Assembly (NCBI GenBank): GCA_045594425.1
Contig: JAZNYK010000013.1
Coordinates: 119,244 to 143,243, forward strand
Direction of reading: 5' to 3'
Length of the DNA: 24,000 bases
Source: Clostridia bacterium
GTDB taxonomy: Bacteria; Bacillota; Clostridia; Christensenellales; UBA1242
A model generated the notes under the pieces. The model saw nothing but the letters and a program-made list of their open reading frames with translations. It had not been told where the DNA came from and ran no database searches. This document shows positions 17,257 through 24,000 of this stretch, piece after piece (the stretch's first letter is position 1; the number at the start of each line of letters is the position of its first letter). The position numbers and the translations under genes are program-made.

Positions 17257-17337
17257 GGCTATATGTAGTGTTTTGTGATGAATAAAAAAAACAAACCTGT
17301 CATATAGCAAAAATTGCTTGTGGCAGGTTTTTATTTT
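17245..17337 (+). promoter_or_regulatory. Transcription attenuator: alternative hairpins 1:2, 2:3 (antiterminator) and 3:4 (terminator)
   Basis: Hairpin 1:2 pairs 17245..17255 (TACTGCATATA) with 17260..17270 (TATATGTAGTG), 11 bp including 2 G-U. Hairpin 2:3 pairs 17258..17265 (GCTATATG) with 17301..17308 (CATATAGC), 8 perfect bp. Hairpin 3:4 pairs 17295..17310 with 17314..17328, about 15 bp with one bulge, followed by TTTTTATTTT. Confidence 0.55.
17294..17337 (+). terminator. Intrinsic terminator inside the tyrS 5' leader
   Basis: AACCTGTCATATAGCAA aaa TTGCTTGTGGCAGGTT followed by TTTTTATTTT, 150 nt upstream of the tyrS ATG. Confidence 0.75.
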
Positions 17338-17486
17338 GTATCCATAAGCAAATTTGTTCGGCAAACCTTTGTTTTTTGGAGGAAATTATGATAAAATCGT
17401 TGTTAGTTACAAAAACTTATGCCCTGTTGGGGCAAGTTTGTTAGTTTTATTATCAATCAAAAATAAATTATAAGGAAAAATATATT

Positions 17487-18734
17487 ATGACAAAAGTAGA
17501 CACAAATTTATACAACGAACTTAAAGAACGTGGATTGTTATATCAATGCACAGATGAAGAAGCATTAAAAAAAGCATTAGAAAGTGGTGAACCTATCACT
17601 TTGTATGAAGGAACTGACCCAACAGCAGACAGTTTGCATATTGGTCACTGTGTGCCTTATACAATCTTGAGAAGATTTCAAAAAGCAGGTCATAAAGTTT
17701 TGGTTTTAATGGGTGGTGCAACTGCTAGCATTGGTGATCCATCTGGCAAGTCTGAAATGAGAAAAATGCTCTCATATGAAGAAGTTCAAAACAATATCGA
17801 AAAAATCAAGAAGACACTTTCTATTTTCTTGGATTTTGAAGGTGAAAACCCAGCAACTATTGTTAACAATGCAGACTGGTTCAAAAATCTTAACTACATT
17901 GATTTTATGAGAGAAATTGGTGTTCACTTTAACATCAACAAAATGCTTTCAAATGACATTTATTCAAACCGTATTAAAGAAGGTGGTTTGACACTTTTTG
18001 AACTTGGCTATATGCCTATGCAAGCATATGATTTTGTTCATCTTAACAAAGAATATGGATGCACTCTTCAATATGGTGGTGCCGACCAATGGGGAAATAT
18101 TGCTGCAGGCACAGAACTTCAAAGAAAACTCAATTTTGTTAATGGCACAAACATCAACTTGATTGGTGCAACAAACCCACTTCTTTTAACTCCAGAAGGC
18201 AAAAAGATGGGCAAGACTGAAAGAGGTGCAATTTGGCTTGATACAGACAAGATTTCTGCTTATGATTTCTATCAAGGAATTTATCAAACACCAGATGCTT
18301 GTGTTAGAATGATGTTTGCTCTTTTCACAGATGTTCCAATGGCTGAAATTGATGCTATGATTGCTGAAAACATTGTTACAGCAAAAAAACGTCTTTGCTA
18401 TGAAATCACAAAGTTTGTTCGTGGTGAACAAGATGCTATCACTGCACAAAAGATGAGTGAAAATCTTTTCACTGATGGTGGAAATGATGCTCCTGAATTT
18501 GAAATAAGCAAAGCAGATGCAGATGCTGGTGTTGGTCTTTTGGACCTTCTTGTGGCAACAAAACTTTGTTCAAGCAAGGGTGAAGCAAGAAAAATGATTG
18601 AAGGTGGCGGAATTTCAGTTAAAGGTGAAAAAGTTTCTGACACAACACTTTATTTAAAAACTACTGATTTTGATGACGGTTCAATTCTTCTAAAAAAAGG
18701 CAAAAAGTCTTTTGTTAAAGTTGTTATAAAATAA
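17487..18734 (+). CDS. tyrS: Tyrosine--tRNA ligase
   Basis: Class I signature HIGH (DSLHIGH), KMSKS variant KMGKT, the GADQWGNI block, and a C-terminal S4-like domain (SKGEARKMIEGGGISVKGEKV). Confidence 0.92.
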   Translation: MTKVDTNLYNELKERGLLYQCTDEEALKKALESGEPITLYEGTDPTADSLHIGHCVPYTILRRFQKAGHKVLVLMGGATASIGDPSGKSEMRKMLSYEEVQNNIEKIKKTLSIFLDFEGENPATIVNNADWFKNLNYIDFMREIGVHFNINKMLSNDIYSNRIKEGGLTLFELGYMPMQAYDFVHLNKEYGCTLQYGGADQWGNIAAGTELQRKLNFVNGTNINLIGATNPLLLTPEGKKMGKTERGAIWLDTDKISAYDFYQGIYQTPDACVRMMFALFTDVPMAEIDAMIAENIVTAKKRLCYEITKFVRGEQDAITAQKMSENLFTDGGNDAPEFEISKADADAGVGLLDLLVATKLCSSKGEARKMIEGGGISVKGEKVSDTTLYLKTTDFDDGSILLKKGKKSFVKVVIK

Positions 18735-18737
18735 AGC

Positions 18738-18762
18738 AAGACCACGTTTGTGGTCTTTTTTG
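18738..18762 (+). terminator. Intrinsic terminator after tyrS
   Basis: AAGACCAC gttt GTGGTCTT followed by TTTTTG. Confidence 0.8.
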
Positions 18763-18789
18763 TTGCAAGTAAAAAATTTTTGATTGCTA

Positions 18790-18818
18790 TTGAAATGAGA
18801 AAGGTTATTTGATAAAAT
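18790..18818 (+). promoter_or_regulatory. Extended -10 promoter for the 319-aa orphan gene
   Basis: TTGAAA (18790..18795), 17-nt spacer ending in TGa, TAAAAT (18813..18818). Confidence 0.55.
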
Positions 18819-18852
18819 AAAGATGTTAAGATAACGTTTTGGGGAGTGTGTT

Positions 18853-19812
18853 ATGTTGACGATTAGTGAAGCAAAAAAAATTCCGTATAGTCAAGTTGAC
18901 AGTGAAACGGAAGCATATTTATATGATATGTTCAGAAGATATGTTGTTAGAAAGCAAATTGCAGATAACAACAATATGTTAAAGAGTGTGTTTGCAAAAA
19001 AGTTACGCACATCAAATCCACGAGATTTTTCAAACTGTTATAATCATTTTAACAGTGCATTTGTTAATGCAAATTTGATTGGGCAATTGTCTTATGATGA
19101 AGCAAGCACAGATTTTTTAAGAAGTCTTTCAGAAGACGAGTTTAACAGACATTTGAACTCGCCACATAATTCATTTGAAAGAAAAATTGCTTTGATTTGT
19201 TATTCTGGCAGAGCAAGTGAAAGAATTGCAAATCGTGCAGAATTTTCGGTTATGGTGGCTTATGCAAATATGCAACAAAAAGTGATGGAATATGTTAAAA
19301 AGTTTCCACAAAAATCATTAACACAAATTATTAGCATTGCAGCCGAAGAGGTTAGAACAGAACACAAAACAACCACTGGAATAAAAATAAATGACACTTC
19401 TGTTGCTGAAAAGCGAACAGATTATAAAAGTTTAGCAAAAAAAGCAGCACCTGTTTGGCAATCGATGCTAGCAAGTTTTTTAGTTGATTTAGATGCTGGT
19501 GGAAGTTTGGATGTTGAAAGTTTTATGCGACAATATTTTATTTTTACAAAGGCAGATAAACAACCATTTGATGAAATGTGTGAAGAAGCAAAATCAAGGG
19601 CAGATGTTTCATTAAAAAAGGAACAAGGTTCTGCAACCGCAAGAAAAATAAGATTTAATTCATATTATGATGTGTCAGATTATGACGAAGTTTTTTCACC
19701 GGGCTATGCAACTGAAGTTTATAATGATGAATTGAAAATAGAGGCAAAAAAGATATTTAACAAATATATTGAAGATTTAAATTTCACCCCAAAAGAAAAG
19801 GGTAAACAATAA
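18853..19812 (+). CDS. Hypothetical protein (319 aa), no recognisable domain
   Basis: Long ORF with SD GGGGAG 6 nt upstream, its own promoter and terminator. Predicted soluble and helical-looking. No motif I can name. Confidence 0.6.
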   Translation: MLTISEAKKIPYSQVDSETEAYLYDMFRRYVVRKQIADNNNMLKSVFAKKLRTSNPRDFSNCYNHFNSAFVNANLIGQLSYDEASTDFLRSLSEDEFNRHLNSPHNSFERKIALICYSGRASERIANRAEFSVMVAYANMQQKVMEYVKKFPQKSLTQIISIAAEEVRTEHKTTTGIKINDTSVAEKRTDYKSLAKKAAPVWQSMLASFLVDLDAGGSLDVESFMRQYFIFTKADKQPFDEMCEEAKSRADVSLKKEQGSATARKIRFNSYYDVSDYDEVFSPGYATEVYNDELKIEAKKIFNKYIEDLNFTPKEKGKQ

Positions 19813-19814
19813 AA

Positions 19815-19855
19815 CAAAAAAGGCTTAAATCTAGATTGATTTAAGTCTTTTTATT
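19815..19855. terminator. Bidirectional intrinsic terminator
   Basis: A-run, then GGCTTAAATC tagatt GATTTAAGTC hairpin, then TTTTTATT. Confidence 0.7.
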
Positions 19856-19861
19856 AGTAAT

Positions 19862-20770
19862 TTATTCCTTGTTTTCAGGAGTTTGTTGTTTTTCTATCCT
19901 TTTTTGCTTATATTCTTTAATTTTTTCATTAGTTTTGTTCCAAGCAAATTTTACATCTTGTGCAAATTTTTTGTGGTCAAAAATCATAGATAACGCAAAT
20001 GATAGTGGAACAACCAAAATAAAGCATGGGAATATCAGCCAGAACCAAGGCCAATATTTTTCTTGACCAGCGTATGGACCTACTGGAATTTTTGTAAAGA
20101 AGTCTGGACAGAAGATTGCAAGAAATTCGCCAATTGCATCGCCGTCTGGACCCCATATATATGAAGAGTTTTTATAGTTAATGTCAAACATATCATCATC
20201 ACGAAGTGGAATGTAGCCAAGTTCACTTTGAAATAGTTGATTGAGCATGATAAATAGCATAACCAAAAGCAGTCCAATTGGAACGCACCAAACACGTTTG
20301 TATGAAAGAGTGTGATGTTTAAATAGAACCATCAAAAGAGGCACAGCCATAACCATCCAGTGGTGATAATAGAACCTTAAAATATCTAATGTTTCACCGA
20401 GTTGGTTTGATTTTGCGAGCGGTTCTTGTGGGTAGAACAATGCAATAAGTCCGCTTATCACGCCGATATAAAACATATAGTCTTTCACATATTTGTTTTT
20501 AATAAAAAACAGAAATGGAAAAAGTGCAATGTTTGCAGCACAAATGTTTACAAACCACGCATCACGAAGCATTCTTGCTTCATCAACAGAATAAGGTGGA
20601 ATGTATACTTTTAAAAAGTGCAATAAAAGTCCAACTGCTAAAAGTGAAAATAAAACAATCTTTTGAGTTTTTGTTGACCTGTGTCTTAACAAAAAATATA
20701 GACCAACAACTAAACCGGCTGAAAGCAATAGCCAAAAGAAATACCAGCCATTAAACATTTCAATAACCAT
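19862..20770 (-). CDS. Polytopic integral membrane protein of unknown function
   Basis: 302 aa with about 7-8 hydrophobic segments and a basic C-terminal tail. SD AGAAGG upstream of ATG 20770. The family could not be assigned with confidence. Confidence 0.6.
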   Translation of the reverse strand: MVIEMFNGWYFFWLLLSAGLVVGLYFLLRHRSTKTQKIVLFSLLAVGLLLHFLKVYIPPYSVDEARMLRDAWFVNICAANIALFPFLFFIKNKYVKDYMFYIGVISGLIALFYPQEPLAKSNQLGETLDILRFYYHHWMVMAVPLLMVLFKHHTLSYKRVWCVPIGLLLVMLFIMLNQLFQSELGYIPLRDDDMFDINYKNSSYIWGPDGDAIGEFLAIFCPDFFTKIPVGPYAGQEKYWPWFWLIFPCFILVVPLSFALSMIFDHKKFAQDVKFAWNKTNEKIKEYKQKRIEKQQTPENKE

Positions 20771-20831
20771 AAAATTTGCCTTCTTTTGAATATTAGTATC
20801 TAATAAAACTTATTATTTTATACCTATATAC

Positions 20832-20861
20832 ATTATATACTTGAAAAAAGAAATGTGTCAA
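20832..20861 (-). promoter_or_regulatory. Promoter for the membrane-protein gene
   Basis: Minus strand: TTGACA (20861..20856), 18-nt spacer, TATAAT (20837..20832). Confidence 0.55.
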
Positions 20862-20924
20862 ACTACTTAAAATAGCCATAATATATCGATTATTTATATT
20901 CAACATTAATGAAATTTTTTGATA

Positions 20925-20950
20925 ATAAAAAAGAGTGGAATTTCCACTCT
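20925..20950 (-). terminator. Intrinsic terminator after glgB
   Basis: Minus strand: AAGAGTGGA aat TCCACTCTT hairpin followed by a T-run, starting right after the stop codon at 20951. Confidence 0.7.
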
Positions 20951-22966
20951 TTATTTCTTTTTGCGTTTATTTTTCTTTTGTTCTTGTTTAACTTCTTTTA
21001 AAACAATTGCAGTTCTTGCAGGAATGTATAGTTCAATATAGTTTTGACCATCAAACTTTTTTGATGGATATGTCATATGATAAACAAGTCCATTTCCGCC
21101 ATATTTGAAATCGTCTGAACAAAAAGCCACTTCATAATCACATTCTTTAAACACAGGAACAAGAACATTTGTAAGTGAATTGTTTGGACTGAAATTAAAC
21201 GCAAACACAAGCCCGTTTCGATAGAACACAATTGTTTGTTCTGGGTTTTTAAGAAGCAACAGGTCAGCCATTTTTTGGTCAAAGATGCGATGTTCTTTTG
21301 TTATTTTTATCATGTCTTTATCAAAATCGCCAAGCCAACCATATTTTAAAAAGCCGTTGTAATACAAACTCCATTGACGTCTGCAATAATGGAAACTCCA
21401 GCCATTGCCTTCACGAGGGAAGTCTATCCATTCTGGGTGACCAAATTCATTTCCCATAAAGTTAAGGTATGCTTCGCCACCACCAGCAAGCGTGAAAAGG
21501 CGAATCATTTTATGAAGTGCAATAGCACGGTCAATTATTGGGTTATGGCAGGCTCTGTCCATGTCGGTATACATTGCAGCATCTGCAAGCCTAAAGATTA
21601 CGGTTTTGTCACCAACAAGCGCTTGGTCATGGCTTTCAACATAAGCCACAGTTCCTTCGCCTGGACGTCTTAAACACATATCTGCCCACATTTTTCCAAT
21701 ATTCCAAAACTCGTCTTTGGTTTCTTTTATGGTTTTTATCCACATATCAGGGATGCCCATAGCAAGGCGATAGTCAAAGCCAACGCCACCTTCATTTATT
21801 GGAAGACACATTCCAGGCATACCAGACATATCTTCTGTTATGGTTATTGCATTAGGATTTATTTGTCTAATCAGTTCGTTTGCAAGTTGCAAATATGTGA
21901 TTGCTTCAACATTTGTGTTTGTTGAAAAATATTTTTTGTTGTTATCAAATGCTTCGCCCAAGCCATGGTCGTGATAGAGCATAGATGTTACACCGTCAAA
22001 ACGGAACCCATCAAAATGATATTCAGTCATCCAAAACTTTAAGTTAGACAAAAGGAAATGTATAACTTCATCTTTTCCGTAGTTGAAACACTTTGTGCCC
22101 CAAGCAGGGTGTTCACCTTTGTCACCATCATGGAAAAATTGCCATGTTGTTCCGTCAAACATATTAATGCCTTCAGTGGTGTTTTTTACTGCATGAGAGT
22201 GAACAATGTCCAAAAGAACTCTAATTCCAAGTTCATGTGCTTTGTTTACCAAATATTTCAAATCTTCAGGTTTGCCAAACCAAGATGATGCAGCAAAAAA
22301 GTTTGAAACTTGATATCCAAAACTTCCATAATATGGGTGTTCCATGATTGCCATTAATTGAATGGTGTTATAGCCACATTCTTTTATCCAAGGAAGGGTA
22401 TAATCTGCAAATTCACGATATGTTCCAACGTGGCCGTGTTCTTGAGCCATGCCTACGTGTGCTTCATAAATATATAGCAGGTCTTCACCTCTAAAGTTAT
22501 CATCAGTCCAGTTAAAGGTTTTTCTATCGTCAACAACTTCAGCACACCAGATGTATGTGTTTGAATCTTGAACCACTCGCTTTGCATATAATGGGATGTG
22601 TTCAGTGCGGGTCATGTTTGCATCAACAATTGTTTTAACTTTGCAACCATCCCAAAGGGCGTTGTCACCATCAAGTTTTAATTCCCAAACACCATTATCA
22701 AGTCTTGTTAAAGGGTGGTCAAGCCAGTGCCAATCATTAAACTCACCAGTTAGGTATAGTTGATGGGCGCTTGGTGCCCATTCACGATAAACCCAGCCAC
22801 CATTTTCGTGGTGAAAACCAAAATAGTTGTGGCCATTTGCAAATTCGTTTAATGATTTTTCACCACCAAGAAGTCTCCATTTTGTGTGGTGATAAAGGTG
22901 CATACGATATTCAATATCGCCCCAAAACTCTTTTAACTGCGGGTTATATTCAAAAATTCGATACAT
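20951..22966 (-). CDS. glgB: 1,4-alpha-glucan branching enzyme, GH13 (eukaryote-like subfamily 8 type)
   Basis: GH13 conserved regions DIVHSH, GFRFDGVTSMLY, EDMSG and YVESHDQALVGDKT, plus GNEFGHPEWIDFPREGN, which is typical of the GH13_8 branching enzymes. SD GGAG upstream of ATG 22966. Confidence 0.88.
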   Translation of the reverse strand: MYRIFEYNPQLKEFWGDIEYRMHLYHHTKWRLLGGEKSLNEFANGHNYFGFHHENGGWVYREWAPSAHQLYLTGEFNDWHWLDHPLTRLDNGVWELKLDGDNALWDGCKVKTIVDANMTRTEHIPLYAKRVVQDSNTYIWCAEVVDDRKTFNWTDDNFRGEDLLYIYEAHVGMAQEHGHVGTYREFADYTLPWIKECGYNTIQLMAIMEHPYYGSFGYQVSNFFAASSWFGKPEDLKYLVNKAHELGIRVLLDIVHSHAVKNTTEGINMFDGTTWQFFHDGDKGEHPAWGTKCFNYGKDEVIHFLLSNLKFWMTEYHFDGFRFDGVTSMLYHDHGLGEAFDNNKKYFSTNTNVEAITYLQLANELIRQINPNAITITEDMSGMPGMCLPINEGGVGFDYRLAMGIPDMWIKTIKETKDEFWNIGKMWADMCLRRPGEGTVAYVESHDQALVGDKTVIFRLADAAMYTDMDRACHNPIIDRAIALHKMIRLFTLAGGGEAYLNFMGNEFGHPEWIDFPREGNGWSFHYCRRQWSLYYNGFLKYGWLGDFDKDMIKITKEHRIFDQKMADLLLLKNPEQTIVFYRNGLVFAFNFSPNNSLTNVLVPVFKECDYEVAFCSDDFKYGGNGLVYHMTYPSKKFDGQNYIELYIPARTAIVLKEVKQEQKKNKRKKK

Positions 22967-23078
22967 AAATTCTCCAAGTTTATATTATATTTCAATATAA
23001 TATATGATAACTTTTATAGTTTTTAATTGTCAATAAATTTGTGAGCATATTAAAATCAAAATATCATTAATTTTTGTA

Positions 23079-23105
23079 TTGAAAATTATTGTTTTTTGAT
23101 ATAAT
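23079..23105 (+). promoter_or_regulatory. Candidate extended -10 promoter
   Basis: TTGAAA (23079..23084), 15-nt spacer ending in TGa, TATAAT (23100..23105). The spacer is short. Confidence 0.4.
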
Positions 23106-23137
23106 AAAATTATATAAAGAAAGGAGGTTGTTTGGTT

Positions 23138-23518
23138 ATGGTAAAAAGAAAGTTAACATTAATTTCAGGGATTATCTTTGGCTTGTATTTAATTGGCTTT
23201 GCGGTTATAAGTTTTGTTTTAAGTGTTGTAATTGCTATAGCGAAAGAAGTTGATTTAACATTTATGATATTTGTTTTCCCAATTTTGGGAATTGCAACAA
23301 TTGTTAGTGCGTGTGTTTATAAAAAATCTATTGTTGTTACGCGAATTATTTATACTATTTCAATAATAGCATATATTGCCGCATTAGTATTTTTTGGAAT
23401 TATGGGGATGTATCAGCAAATAAGTTTGATAACAGTGTTATTTTTTCTTTTTGCAATACTTGGAATTTTGATGACGGTTGTTTCATATCTCACAAAAATT
23501 GAAAAAATAAATAGTTAA
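23138..23518 (+). CDS. Small 4-TM membrane protein of unknown function
   Basis: Four hydrophobic helices. AGGAGG lies 10 nt upstream of ATG 23138; the ORF-track TTG start at 23132 is too close to the SD. Confidence 0.6.
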   Translation: MVKRKLTLISGIIFGLYLIGFAVISFVLSVVIAIAKEVDLTFMIFVFPILGIATIVSACVYKKSIVVTRIIYTISIIAYIAALVFFGIMGMYQQISLITVLFFLFAILGILMTVVSYLTKIEKINS

Positions 23519-23525
23519 AAGAAAA

Positions 23526-23555
23526 AAGGAACTCGGTTTTTGAGTTCCTTTTTAT
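23526..23555 (+). terminator. Intrinsic terminator
   Basis: AAGGAACTC ggttttt GAGTTCCTT followed by TTTATTT. Confidence 0.8.
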
Positions 23556-23656
23556 TTGATTTTAGTAAGATAATGCATAAAGTAAATATACTGGTCAGTT
23601 TAGAATAATTAAGATAACCTTTGTTGTGTTAGATAAATCTTTTTTATATGTAACCA

Positions 23657-23766
23657 AACTGGAGGGATTCGCCCCGCTACGAGGCCGCACTGGTGGTTAT
23701 GCCGCTATCACGCCACTCGCTAAGAACAGTCCAGTGGACTGTTTTTTTACGCTCCGTTCGAACCCC
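23657..23766. other. GC-rich island flanked by two fragments of a tRNA-Arg-like 3' end; nature unknown (tRNA remnant/att scar and/or small RNA)
   Basis: 23657..23671 (AACTGGAGGGATTCG) is identical to 23824..23838 inside tRNA-Arg. 23757..23766 (TTCGAACCCC) is identical to 23835..23844. The intervening 23661..23720 has 40/60 G+C in an AT-rich context. Confidence 0.4.
23726..23748 (+). terminator. Plus-strand intrinsic terminator at the end of the GC-rich island
   Basis: ACAGTCC agt GGACTGT followed by TTTTTTT on the plus strand only. Confidence 0.55.
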
Positions 23767-23780
23767 TGTTTAAATTTTAT

Positions 23781-23809
23781 AAAAAAAGAAACCCGAAGGT
23801 TCGAGTTTC
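23781..23809 (-). terminator. Intrinsic terminator downstream of tRNA-Arg
   Basis: Minus strand: GAAACTCGAACCTTCGGGTTTC hairpin followed by TTTTTTT, 9 nt after the tRNA CCA end. Confidence 0.7.
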
Positions 23810-23817
23810 TTTTCATT

Positions 23818-23894
23818 TGGTGCAACTGGAGGGATTCGAACCCCCGACCGTTCGGTTCGTAGCCGAGTACTCTATCCAGCTGAGCTACAGTTGC
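23818..23894 (-). tRNA. tRNA-Arg (anticodon ACG), CCA encoded
   Basis: The reverse complement GCAACTGTAGCTCAGCTGGATAGAGTACTCGGCTACGAACCGAACGGTCGGGGGTTCGAATCCCTCCAGTTGCACCA folds as a cloverleaf. It has a 7-bp acceptor stem, GCTC/GAGT D stem, anticodon loop CTACGAA and T-loop TTCGAAT, and is very close to canonical bacterial tRNA-Arg(ACG). Confidence 0.92.
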
Positions 23895-23910
23895 ATGAAT
23901 TAACGTGATT

Positions 23911-23939
23911 ATAATATTACTTTTTTGTAAGTTTGTCAA
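23911..23939 (-). promoter_or_regulatory. Promoter of tRNA-Arg
   Basis: Minus strand: TTGACA (23939..23934), 17-nt spacer, TATTAT (23916..23911), about 17 nt upstream of the mature 5' end. Confidence 0.6.
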
Positions 23940-24000
23940 TAGATTATGGCGCAATTGTTAAAATTAAACCATTCGAAAATGTGTTAAAAAAATTTAATAA

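Noticed and set aside
23650-23750. Attempt to fold the GC-rich element as a second tRNA (class I or class II, Sec), SRP RNA or tmRNA end
   Set aside because: Only the acceptor-3'/T-stem 15-mer matches. The T-loop is truncated (CGAAT), no complementary 5' acceptor strand, D-arm or 5-7-5 anticodon arm can be drawn, and no SRP (GGAA/AGCA) or tmRNA signatures are present.
23626-23954. ORF-track entries 23626..23862 (+) and 23697..23954 (-)
   Set aside because: They read through tRNA-Arg, two terminator hairpins and the GC-rich island. They have no SD and are artefacts of translating RNA-gene and intergenic sequence.
1-24000. Alternative genetic code (TGA=Trp, Mollicutes-like), considered because of the AT-rich composition
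   Set aside because: Full-length TyrRS, transketolase, GlgB and others are obtained with the standard code, Trp is encoded by TGG, and no in-frame TGA is needed.
1-24000. CRISPR arrays, IS elements, integrases, prophage or known defence-system genes
   Set aside because: No regularly spaced direct repeats were found, and no transposase, recombinase, RT, Cas or restriction-type motifs appear in any of the long ORFs.

Overview
An AT-rich, gene-dense bacterial chromosomal window. It uses the standard genetic code: long ORFs are intact with TGG Trp and there is no in-frame TGA. Strong Shine-Dalgarno sites, sigma-A-type TTGACA/TATAAT promoters and many hairpin plus T-run terminators point to a low-GC Firmicutes/Bacillota-like organism. 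Most of the window is housekeeping or accessory metabolism: an SDR oxidoreductase, a NUDIX hydrolase, an acyltransferase, a TrmH/SpoU methyltransferase-transketolase operon, a PHP phosphoesterase, a CNNM/CorC transporter, TyrRS, a GH13 branching enzyme and tRNA-Arg(ACG). I saw no CRISPR array, rRNA, transposase or integrase. Five things deserve a second look. (1) tyrS is preceded not by a T-box but by a 15-codon leader ORF carrying four consecutive Tyr codons, embedded in a three-hairpin (1:2, 2:3, 3:4-terminator) attenuator. (2) Two tandem divergent paralogs of unknown function (332 and 325 aa) share a HipA_C/kinase-like D-x-H-x-x-N ... D signature, and the first has an apparently leaderless start. 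(3) Two tandem DUF1653-like small proteins lie convergent with a 465-aa protein that has RyR-like repeats. (4) Next to tRNA-Arg, a 67% GC island sits between two fragments of a tRNA-Arg-like 3' end. (5) There is a roughly 1000-aa surface protein with Listeria-Bacteroides repeats and a multi-TM C-terminal anchor. All functional calls come from motif recognition by eye. No database search was run.
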